From: Eledone cirrhosa
Taxonomy: Eukaryota
NCBI GenBank assembly: GCA_964016885.1
Contig: OZ024740.1
Location: forward strand, 402,008,001-402,072,000
DNA length: 64,000 nt
Direction of reading: 5' to 3'
Each line of letters starts with the position of its first letter. Within the stretch, counting starts at the first letter, position 1. The notes under the pieces are model-generated. The model saw only the letters and a list, made by a program, of their open reading frames with translations, was not told where the DNA came from and made no database searches. The translations under genes were made by a program, and so were the position numbers. Shown in pieces: positions 1-12,041 of the stretch.

Positions 1-1854
1 GAGGTGGTGAAGTGGAGGGAGGGGTGGAAGGAGCAGAAGAAGGAGAGAAAGGAGTCGAGCTGTTCTCGGGTGAGGGTCGTGGCTCCGATACAGTCGTCGA
101 TGTAACGACCGTACAGTTCGGGCGTGGGGCCGGTATACACGCAAAGATTTGGGCCTCAACATGGCCAACAAAAGGGTTGGCACAGTTTGGGCCCATTCTT
201 GTACCCATGGCTACACCCGTGACCTGTTGGTAAAACTCACCCGAGAAGGAGAAACAGTTGAGGGTGGGGACGAGCTCGGCGAGGCGAAGGATGGTGGGGG
301 TGGAAGAGGTGGGGAGGGGCGAGAGTCGAGGTAGTGCTTGAGGGCACGTAGGCCGTCGTCGTGGAGGATGACGGTATAGAGGGACTTGATATCTAGGGTG
401 AAGAGGAAGGGCTGTGGGCCGGGTGGGTAGGTGAAGGAGTCGAAAAGGCGCAGGACGTGATTGGTGTTGGAGATGTGGGAGGGGAAGGTGGTGACAAGGG
501 GGGCGAGGATGGAGTCAAGGAAGGCGGAGATGAGTTCGGTGGGGCAGTTGCAAGAGGAGACGATGGGGCGGCCGGGGTTGTCGGGTTTGTGCAGTTTGGA
601 GAGGAAGTAGATGGTGGGGGTGCGGACGATGAGGTGGGAAGCGATGGGGCGGGGGATGAGGGAGGAGGAGACAAGGTGTTGGATGGTGGAGTAAACTTGT
701 TGTTGGTAGAGGGGTGTGGGATCGGAGGGTAGAGGGCGGTAGAAGAGGGGGTTACGAAGCTGCCTGAGGGCTTCGGCCGTGTAGAGGTCCGCGCGCCACC
801 CACCACGGCGCCTCCCTTGTCCGCCGGTTTGATGACGATGTCATCTCGGCTACGGAGGGAGCGGATACCGAGGAGTTCGCCCCGTGAGATGTTATTCCGT
901 TTGGAACGGTGGCGGAAGTCGAAGCGATTTACGGCGCTACGGCTGGCATCGACGAACGCGTCCAGGGTGCTAAATTGCCCTGGGGCCGGCGTCCAAGATG
1001 ATGGTCGTCGGCCCAGGGCGAGAAACGGGACTGGGGCGCTCGGAGCCGGTGGCGTTTGACCGAAATGTGCCTGTAGCTTCGTGCGTCGCACGAATCGCTC
1101 GACTTCCGTTCGGGTGCGGAACTCGTCGCTGTGCGGAGTGTGGAGTATGAAGCGAAGGCCTCTAATGAGGAGTGAGCGCTCAGGTGCGGAGAGGGGGAGG
1201 TCAGGGGTATGGTGACAACAAGTGGTGGGGTTTGGGTGTGTGAGGGAGGAAGGGAGGGTGTGGTGAGGGGTGAGGTGTAGGGTGGAGATTGGGTAGGGGT
1301 GTGGGTTGAGGGAGGGGTGGAGAGTGGTTGGGATGGGTGGAATGGGGGACTCATAGGGATGGTCGGGTGGTGATGGATGGGGTGGTTGGGAGGAGTGCGT
1401 GTAGCTTACAGTCTTTGGTGGAGGTGAGGAAGGAGAAGAGGTCGTGGTTGAGGTTTTGGATGAAGATGAGGATGGCGTGGGCGAGGAGGGGGTGGCAGGC
1501 GGAGTTAAGGCGGAGGAGGGTGGGGGGCAGTTGGTTGTCAAGTTTGCGGATGGTGGAGCGGGAGGCGCGGATGGAGTTGCGCATTAGGAGGCGCGAGGAT
1601 CGGGTGAGGATACGTTAGGTGGAGGGGGAAGCCTGGGAGGGGGATGTGTGGAAGTGTAGATGGAAGCCGATGGGGATAAGGTGGAGGTGGAGGCAGCGGC
1701 TGAGGAAATGGATGTGGCTGGAGTGCCGGGTTTTGGCGAAGAGAAGGTAGGACGTTGAAGGGCCGAGGGGAGATAGCAGGGTGGGAGGAGGGTGGGTAAG
1801 GAAAAGTTTGAGGCTAGTGTGGTGTTGGTGGAGAAAGGATCTCAGTCTGGGCAT
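1..1854 (-). mobile_element. Penelope-like retroelement (Neptune-like), N-terminal and RT region, frameshifted; runs off the window edge
   Basis: Minus-strand frames give LSAPERSLLIRGLRFI, RDDIVIKPADKGGAVV, KLHKPDNPGRPIVSSCNCPTELISAFLD, DIKSLYT, YQQVTGVAMGTRMGP and GRYIDDCIG (84-110), split by frameshifts. Confidence 0.9.
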
Positions 1855-2715
1855 GGTGGGCGTGGAGTGGAACCAGGGGGAGGAATGAGAAGGAGGGTGT
1901 GTGAAGCGGCGTTGGAGATATATAACTTTCGGAGTTTATGAAATTGGTTATTTGGCAATCAGTGTCATATGTATAGTATAAGTATTATGCATTCTGGTCG
2001 GCAAAATTTAATGCTACTGGCCTTACAAAAGACTGTATGATTAATTAATGCATCATTATCAATAACTCTGTTGTTTTACTTGTAAGTCACATTTGAACTT
2101 TGAATTAACCAATATCAAATTTGAATAAAGAATAGATCTTTTGAAGAAACCGCGTCTCATTTTACATTTCACATCGTGAATTCTAATTACACCCAAGAGT
2201 ATGCAATTAATTTAATCTATTTCCGTCCTTCTTTGGCAGAAGCTCAGAATGGCCTATTTCCAGCGTTCATTACTTGCTTAGCTAGTTTGATAAACAACCG
2301 TACCATTTTGTCCACCGCCTATGAAATCACAGTTATTGTAGTCATGGATGATTGCATGGTTCAAAAACCCCGAACAAATGTACACTCTATAGAGCTACAC
2401 ATACACATACACACAAACACACACAAACTCTCTCTCTCTCTCACACACACACACACAAACTCTCTCTCTCTCACACATACACACAAACTCTCTCTCTCAC
2501 ACACACATACACACACACACAGACCCCCCCTCTCTCTCTCACACACACAGACCCCCCTCTCTCTCTCACACACACATACATATATATTAAGATATGATTA
2601 ATTAATTTACATTTTCTTATTCAGCTCACAGAGAATGTTCATTCTCAGTTGTGAAGCAATTATGTATCTGTTGTCCACGTATTCAAAACAAAAGCAGTGA
2701 CAATATTGCAAAGGC

Positions 2716-2746
<31 letters not shown>

Positions 2747-2940
2747 CGGATATGTGGGTATGGTCCCGTAACTCCTGATAGAGTCGTATTGTCGCCTTAT
2801 TGACACACGGCGTTTCGTGGGCATATTAAACATGGCGGAACACATCCCTCTCCAGGCTTCAGTACAGCAGATTTCTTCCAGAGAATGATAGAAAGTGAGA
2901 AAGAAAAAAAATGAGAAACGAGATATAGAGGAAGATTGGA

Positions 2941-3092
2941 CCCCAGTACTGGATTAGTACATATTTTATCGCCCTCGAAATAATGAACGGCAAAGTTGAC
3001 CTCCGCGGTATTGAACTCAGGAAGCAGATAGCCGGACCGAATACTATAAAGAATTATATCCGACGTTTTAACGACTCTGCCAATTCACCGCC
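2941..3092 (-). mobile_element. tRNA-derived SINE, octopus-type, diverged
   Basis: Reverse complement begins GGCGGTGAATTGGCAGAGTCGTT (A-box-like) and contains GAGTTCAA (B-box-like) and GGTCAACTTTGCC...GCGATAAAAT...CAGTACTGGGG. Same family as 57166 and 58555. Confidence 0.7.
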
Positions 3093-4170
3093 TTGTATAC
3101 AAATGCATAAATATATATACATTTCCAATATTTAGTTAACGCCCCCTCACAATCGTAAGTTCGGTAAACTCGAAGTTGACTTGGACTTGACTTCTGCGCT
3201 GGATAAAAGAAACTATTAGTTAGATACTGAAGATAGAATTAATCGACTGCACTCTCAAGGCTTAAAGTGTGAGCTGTAGTAAAAATCCATGGATAAATGT
3301 CTTAAAATAATCTATTTAAAAAATATCTCCAACTTCAATCCCATCTCAGATATTTTTGCATTTCTTTCTTCGGAATCGTTAAATAAGTGCCAGTACCCAT
3401 GGCGAGGATTAATCAATTGACTAACGTCATAATGAATATACGAATCAAATAAACATCTCAACAACTTTCAGGATGTAGGAAATAGCAATCCAATACGCCA
3501 CAAAGGCATAAATCGTAAATACATTATTTGATCATAGACAATCCTTACCACTACTACTACTGAAAAATCTAAGAATGCATTGCAATTTAAATTCCAGTGA
3601 CAGTGCCATTTGGGGAATCCATTTCACAAAATGGCACTGATATAAACAATAGGTGGCATTTTGGTTCACGATATTTTTATTTTTGGTATTTCTCACGTTC
3701 GTTTTGTCTTTTTCCAATGTAACTCTTTCCATTTAAGGACTACAGTCTGACGAAATGTTAAAATCATGCCTATTGTTTCTTCTTTTCAAGCGTAAAATTA
3801 TATCCTTGCCATCATCGTTTTTATCTTCTGTATGTTGCTTATGTTGCATTTTCAAATATAAGAAACCTTTGCTCATTTGTTGCTGTTTTATAGCAGAAAA
3901 TGGCAGTCTTTTGCATATATATTGCTTAGTATTAATTGTCATTTCGTCTCAGCAAGAGTTCAACTCTCTCTCACAATACGCATACATGTAATATAAATAA
4001 ATATGATAGTTAATATAGTTGTTTTATTTATTGTATTTATTGATCTTATTGTTTTACTTGTTCTTGTTTAATACTAGGTCAACGCTGTTTGAGCAGAACT
4101 TTTACCAAACATATTCCATCATTGACCACACAATCCTTGTAGAGGTTTAGGATTGTATTATTCAATGTAG

Positions 4171-4240
4171 CCTTTCATCCTTACGGGGTCGATAAAATAA
4201 AGCACCAGTAAGGTACTGGGTCATTGCTGGCCTTGTGGCA
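4171..4240 (+). mobile_element. 3' fragment of the same SINE family
   Basis: CCTTTCATCCTTACGGGGTCGATAAAATAAAGCACCAGTAAGGTACTGGG matches the copy at about 58661-58730. Confidence 0.6.
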
Positions 4241-4846
4241 ATTATTCAATTCAGCCTCACCTTAATCCAGATTATATTTTGAGTGAATGTAGCAACTATT
4301 TCTGTAAATTGGAGCAGGTACATAAAGGTTAACTTCCAGGTTAGTCCAACTTTCTTATTTTATTTCATTCAATGAAATGTTTCTTGCTCAACCTATGTCG
4401 ATTTATTTACAACATATTCCAATGCTATATTCGATTTTATTCACCAAGGCGCGGGTAATTCGGCTAGTATATATATATATATAAATTACAAAACCGATGC
4501 ATGAGTTATAAATTCATGATTATACACACACACATATATATATATATATATAAATTACAAAACCGATGCATGAGTTATAAATTCATGATTATACACACAC
4601 ATATATATATATATATATAAAATCACGAATTTATAACCAATGTATGTATTTTGTAATCTTGTGCAAAACACGATTGAGTTTTAAAGATTTTCTTTAAGTT
4701 TATTTTTTATTGTTTTTCTATACGTAATAACCGTTGATTTCAACTTAACTGAAATTGAAAGCAAAAATAGGATGTCTGATAAGATGATTACTCAAGAAGT
4801 TTGATAAAAGACGTAAATTTCTTTTCCATTTAACATTGTTGAATAA

Positions 4847-4951
4847 AAAGGCCTGAACGAGTGTTGTAGAATTTAGCCTGCTTTGTTATATCTACAACTG
4901 TTGTAGATATAACAAAGCAGGCTAAATTCTACAACACTCGTTTAGGCCTTT
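4847..4951. repeat. Near-perfect palindrome with 52-bp arms and a 1-nt centre
   Basis: AAAGGCCTGAACGAGTGTTGTAG...TCTACAAC-T-GTTGTAGA...CTACAACACTCGTTTAGGCCTTT. Confidence 0.9.
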
Positions 4952-6431
4952 GATTAAAATGAAATATACTTATCGAAGTACCCTGGACAATGTAGTTTAA
5001 GAATATATATGGTTATGGAGGTCTATCTCCAAAACCATAGGAGGAGTTTGTGAACAAACAGACTGGAATACAACTTTATATATATATGGATATATATATG
5101 TGTGTGTATGTGTTGCGTGTTTGTGTGTAATTACGAATTCATGAATCATGCATGGTTTTCTAATTTTGTATATATCTGTGTGTGTGTGCATTTACGTGTA
5201 TGTATGTATGTTTACGTACGCACCTGTATGTATATGTGTGTGCATGGTTGGATGATTGGTCAATAACTATATATGGTTGCGTACATCGTTAGGTATGGGA
5301 CGAAGTTACATGAGATTTTGGCTTTGCTTAATTAACAAGCCTAATGAACAGATCTGGCTGGAGTCGGCTATATAACATTTATATTGATCCTGAACAACCC
5401 ATCTGTGAAAATGTCGTAATAAAGCCCTTAACATGAAATCCCACTTTGTTTATAATATATACAGTCTGCCTTAGCATAGAGTGCTGATTTTAGTACCCGC
5501 CTTAGTAAACCACGAAAGAACTGAACCACTTATTATATTTATATATGTAATAGGTGGTTCAGATGGCAGTTTAGACCCCTACCGACGGTACTGCTGGATC
5601 ATTCGGGGCCACCAGCGTCTGACATATGCCAAAGCGCTGCCTGTGGAGTAAAAAACAAAACTTAAAGTAACTTAAAACATTCAAGCCATTACAGGTTCAC
5701 ATTACGTTTTATGTGACAAGTATAAGATGATGATATGCTTTTTATAGAAACGATAGTCTCGTGAATAAAATGAAATAAAGAAAGAAAAAAGGAAAAGAAA
5801 TGAGAAGAGGCAAGAAGAAGAAAGTGAGATATCGTTTTTAAAAAATGTATTCTGTTGAAACTATTCCGGGGATAATGTATATGTGTATAGAGCCTTGTTA
5901 ATTATCTTTATTTTTTCTCAGTTAAATAACATTTTCGTTTCTATTTAATCGAAAGCCAAAAAGACGACTATTTTAATTGAAACAACAGCTTCCAAATTGT
6001 CAAGTTGTCACGCTAAAATCGTTTGCTCAAAGGTGAACTGTATTGAAAGACGCCATGGGTATATAAAGTTACACAACAGACAAGAAAAGAAAAGTAAACG
6101 AGCGCGATAGATCCAAACAAGTAGAGACAGCCTGATTGTTAAGAACTAAGTATAAGAGAGGTATACGAGATCTGAGTATAAGGAAGAGAAACAGCATGGG
6201 AAGGGCGTAAAAAAAAATGTAAATGTAGAAGAAATACTGTGAATTGTAACGGAAAAGAAGATGCAAGAGAGAGGTAAATATGTATATTGACTGTTAATTG
6301 AATAGTTAGTTAGTCGGGAGGAAATACAGTGCTCAACCGAGAGAAAGAGTGCGGGGGGGGGGGGGTCATGGAGAGAGAGGAAGTGATACAGAGAGAAGAT
6401 TTCATGAAAGATTTTGTGAAAGGTTGAGATG

Positions 6432-6480
<49 letters not shown>

Positions 6481-6853
6481 AGAGAGAGGCAATTAAAGGG
6501 ACAATGAAATAAAGTAAATCAGAGAGAGAGAGAGCGTAAAAGACGGAATAACAGAGAGAGGGGGACAGAATATGAAATTGGTAGAGTGAATAAGATGTAC
6601 TCACTTATGATTTTAATGAAAGAAAACATTATTATATTTACAAGGAAGTAGGACAAAAGTGAGATTTCTGTGTGATTTCACGGAGTATTGTTGTGTGTGT
6701 AATATGTAAAGAAAGAAGATATAGAGAGAAGTGAATAAGAAAGAGAAAGATATTTTATTGTAATTCAACCCCCGTATATATATACATATATATATATAGT
6801 CCAGAATTAGCCGTCGAAACGGCTTGAGCTCGGCCGTCGGGGTCTTACTGGTT

Positions 6854-6898
<45 letters not shown>

Positions 6899-6921
6899 GA
6901 GAAATCATCAGGAAGCTCAGT

Positions 6922-6970
6922 GCTTCCTGACGTTTTCTCACGAATGAAACAGTTCTAGTCCTGTAGAAGC
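6922..6970 (+). ncRNA. Type I hammerhead ribozyme with mutated core (CTGACGT)
   Basis: gcttc-CTGACGT-TTTC tcac GAAT-GAAACAG ttctagtc CTGT-A-gaagc. The adjacent inverted half-copy (6898-6916) retains CTGATGA. Confidence 0.6.
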
Positions 6971-7153
6971 TCTTCTATATTAAAACTGTTATACTCTGCT
7001 ATGTATTGAGTACCTTACTTACTATGGTTACCTCCGATTCAGCCCGGAATAACATATATATATATATATATATATACATATATAGAAGTCTACCTAACTC
7101 GTCCCATGGACTGAGTGCTCTACCACTACGGATATTACCTTCCAGTGTTCCAA

Positions 7154-7233
<80 letters not shown>

Positions 7234-7486
7234 GCAACCACTCTGTATAATCAGTTCCTGATTATTTACTAGAATTCTATAAGAACCAAATATCCATGAT
7301 TTCAGCAAACAGGAGTAGTTGGCTTTGATAAGCATCAATAAATGGAAAACAAGGCCTTGTCAGCTTTATCTCCCCCTATTTGCTGAAATTAAAGTAAGTG
7401 AGTCTTTCACTACACTAAAACAATAGCATAAGGTCTTCGAAATGCTTTGAAGCATACAGTGTATTGCAAAATACACTATATATACA

Positions 7487-7518
<32 letters not shown>

Positions 7519-7521
<3 letters not shown>

Positions 7522-8364
7522 CTTTGAATAACTTTGAAATGTTTTGGCCAGTATTGGCCCAGGCCATGTCTAACTTAATAGCACCACCTGGCGAAGTCTT
7601 TCAATTCAGGATTTGGGCACCATGGCCCATTCGAGAAGAGAATTACTGTTTGCGGAGACATATCCGGGTGTGGGTGGTTTGTCCGGGATTACTTGGAGGA
7701 ATTTGTCCAAAGACTTCTTGAATTTTGTGTGGTCAGTTTCTGTTTTGACGTGTCCTGGTGTGATGTTGAAGAGAGCAGGGCCGATTGAGGTGAAATAATT
7801 GTGCCGTATTGTTGTTATGAGTTGCGATTTAGATTTTTGAATGGGACGGATAGCACGGGGCCCAAGCCTTGGGTGTATCTTGAAGGCGATGCCAACATCA
7901 TTTGGGCAGTGATGATGGAACATTTTCCACATCATGCAGATAATATAACGCTCATGGCGACGTTGGAGTGAGTAAAGTTTCAGGTTTTCTAGTCGACCCC
8001 AGTAGTCAAGGTCTGACATGCCATCTATCTTTTTTGTGATTGCCCTTTGAGGAGCTTCAAGTTTCATGATACTTTGTTTCGTGTGGGGAGACCACAGTGG
8101 ACAACAGTATTCAAGGTGTGGTCGGGCAAAAGTAGAGAAGAGAAGGATAATGGTGTGGGAATCTCTCGACTGGAAGGTTCTGAGGATCCAGGAACACATT
8201 CTGCGGGCCATGTCAACTTTGCTGCTTATATGCGTGGCCCAGCTTATGTTGCTGTCCACGGTTACTCCCAAGTCTCTGATGTTGTTAGAAGCCACGAGAG
8301 TTTCCCCGGAGGGAAGGGAGTACGGGAGTTTCAGAGCATCCTCTTTTCCAAAGTGGATCAGTTC

Positions 8365-8365
<1 letters not shown>
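7519..8365 (-). mobile_element. CR1/L2-type LINE, 5'-truncated (RT C-terminus and 3' end)
   Basis: ORF 7606-8421: [55 protein letters not shown]. Short tandem 3' tail (TTCAAAGTTA)2. Confidence 0.9.
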
Positions 8366-8405
<40 letters not shown>

Positions 8406-8441
8406 TTGTAGTGTATTGCAAAATACACTATATATACATTC

Positions 8442-8510
<69 letters not shown>

Positions 8511-8543
8511 CGTATATATAGTGTATTTTGCAATACACTACAA

Positions 8544-8601
<58 letters not shown>

Positions 8602-8604
8602 TGT

Positions 8605-8636
<32 letters not shown>

Positions 8637-8641
8637 ATATA

Positions 8642-8708
<67 letters not shown>

Positions 8709-8894
8709 GTATATATATATATATTTATATATATATGTATATATATATATATTTATATATATATGTATATACATATATATTTATATATATATGTATATAT
8801 ATATATATGTATATATGTATATATACGTATATATACATATATATACATATATATATACATATATATACATATATATATATATACATATATATAC

Positions 8895-8927
<33 letters not shown>

Positions 8928-9460
8928 CATATATATACATATATATATACATATATATTCTAGTCGATCGACTTTCGTCAAATTGGACCGAGGAAACTAT
9001 GTTTCCGTTGGTCTTTCCAATTGCTAATACTATCTATCGGTCGCAATTTCAGGTAGAAGGAGCAACGTGAAATAAAGTGTCTTGCTCAAGGACATAACGC
9101 ATCTCCTGGTTCAGGAATCGAACTCACAACCTCACGATTGTGAATCCAATACTCTAACCACTCAGCCACACGCCTTTACTACATATATATACATATATAT
9201 ATATACATATATATATACATATATATATATACATATATATACATATATATATACATATATATACATATATATATATACATATATATACATATATATATAC
9301 ATATATATATACATATATATACATATATATATACATATATATACATATATATATACATATATATACATATATATATACATATATATATACATATATATAC
9401 ATATACATATACATATATATATACATATATATACATATACATATATATACATATATATAC

Positions 9461-9523
<63 letters not shown>

Positions 9524-9524
9524 C

Positions 9525-9591
<67 letters not shown>

Positions 9592-9683
9592 CATATATAT
9601 ATACATATAATATACATATATATATATATACATATATATATATACATATATATACATATATATATATATATACATATATATAC

Positions 9684-9742
<59 letters not shown>

Positions 9743-9743
9743 C

Positions 9744-9806
<63 letters not shown>

Positions 9807-9845
9807 CACATATATATATACATATATATATACATATATATATAT
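8366..9845. repeat. Interrupted (TA)n microsatellite tracts flanking a SINE
   Basis: Visible (TA)n with TATG/TACA interruptions. Confidence 0.95.
8965..9174 (-). mobile_element. tRNA-derived SINE, second family
   Basis: Reverse complement: GGCGTGTGGCTGAGTGGTTAGAG (A box)...GAGTTCGATTCC (B box)...GTCCTTGAGCAAGACACTT. Second copy at 55178-55383. Confidence 0.8.
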
Positions 9846-11584
9846 AATAAAGGCGTACTCTGGCAACTTAAGCTAGATAACGTTAGATATTCCACGGCTT
9901 GGAATATAGTCTCAAGAGGGATTCCTTTTAATTCATCCTCTGAGACATGTGACCTCTGCGCAGAGGAGATATTCTTTATACTAAAATCTAAAAATTCCCT
10001 TAACCTACGGACAAATTTATTCAGTTGTTGCAAACATAGATTAAACTCAACGTTTAAATATAAATTTAAATTTAAAATGTAGTATATTTACTTTGATTTA
10101 TATTTATATGGGAAACTAGCCGATAAATTTTTTGATTCCTAAATCTTTGATTCCCTCTTTTTACTCTTTTTTTATTGTTTATTTTTATTTTATTTTTATT
10201 TTTATTTTTATTTTATTTTTATCTAAACATTCCTCATGAAAAATTAAGCTACCCTAAAAGCTGATGCTCCAAATTTTTTGAATTAACCTTACACTAGATA
10301 AACTTCTATATTAAATATAAGAACATATGTAGACCTAATTGGACATCATAATCTTTTTGAAATGATCTTTGCTAGATGTGATTTGATAGATAATTTTTGG
10401 CTTTGTCTTGTAATGAACTTGGCAATATATTGTCAATTAACTTTGAAGGGTTGTTCTTTGTGGTTTATTTTTATTTTTATTTATTTTTATTTTTATTTTT
10501 ATTTTTATTTTTATTTTTATTTTTATTTTTATTTTTATTTTTATTTTTATTTTTTAGTATTGTAGTATTCTATAATATTTTTTATTTTTTATTTTTTATT
10601 TTATTTTTAATATCTTTAATATGTAAATTTTTAATACGTAATATTTTTTAATACGTAGTATTTTTAATATGTAATATTTTTATTATGTAATATTCTTTCG
10701 TAATATTTTTTTAGTTTTCTATTCTATGTTTTTACTTATTATTATTATTGTTATCTTTTTATTTTTAGTTTTGTTTATAATATATATTTTTATTAGTATA
10801 TTGAAATCTGCTCTCTATTTCTGCTTGATAGATAATCTTGTAGAGTAATGACAGGAATAATAATACGCTCAAATTTTTATACCACATTGAGAATGTTTTC
10901 CGTGAACTTAGAGTTTGCAGAGTGAATCAGTTGGATTCGCATGGATGTTTGTAGCTGTCACATAAACATATGAATTTTTTAAAACTAAACATAAGATAAT
11001 TAATTTTCACACATTATGGATACTTGTCTCATTCAGGAATACTGATATTTACAATATAGTGTAAGTTTTATAAATACTAATACATTAAAACATAGGGTTT
11101 TTGCGCCTCGAATATGTCTGGCTATTTTTAAATTTTTTTCTCTCGCTATTTTTTCCTCTCTCTATATTTTTTTCTCTATATATATCTCCCTTACATTAAT
11201 ACCTGAGCTAAATAAATAAATAAATAAATAAATAAATGTATCATTGATACATTTACTCAAAATGACCTCCCACTACCTAATTTTCTATATATATATATGT
11301 ATCTATCTCTATTTCCTCTCTCTCTCTATATATATGTCTCTTTCTGTTTCTTTACATGAAGTTCTTCGCTTTATCTATCTTTCCATCTCTCTATTTTGTT
11401 CCATGCATTTCTTATTTTTCTTTTTCTTCTTTTTCTTCCTTTTCTTCGTTTTGTCTTTCTTTCTTTTTTCTCTCTTTCTTTCTCTCTGTATAACATTTTT
11501 TCACTGCTAGCGTAAACCTCTTCAAATGAAGTCGGTGTTATTACGGTATGTCGAATCTATTTATCTATAAAACTGTTTATATTG

Positions 11585-11650
11585 TATTTTGTCTGATGAA
11601 GGCATAGCATATTGTTAATATGATATCCCCGAAATATATATAATGAAATA
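11585..11650 (+). ncRNA. Minimal type I hammerhead ribozyme (pLTR-type)
   Basis: tattttgt-CTGATGA-AGG...catatt gtt aatatg...CCC-GAAATATATAT-A-atgaaata. Homologues at 27671, 27891 and 42035. Confidence 0.7.
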
Positions 11651-11842
11651 AATATGGTTTTATAAATATAGTTTTCCATTTATTTAATATTGTATATATA
11701 TATATATATATATACATATATATATACATATATATACATATATATATATTTATATATATATACATATATATATATGTATATATATATGTATATATATATT
11801 TATATATATATATGTATATATATATATATTTATATATATATG

Positions 11843-11892
<50 letters not shown>

Positions 11893-12041
11893 TATATATA
11901 TATGTATATATATATGTATTTATATATATATGTATATATATATATGTATTTATATATATATGTTTATATATATGTATATATGAGAGTATTGAGTTTGCTT
12001 AAAACATTGTGGAATAATAAGGTAAATTTCTTTAAGTCGTT

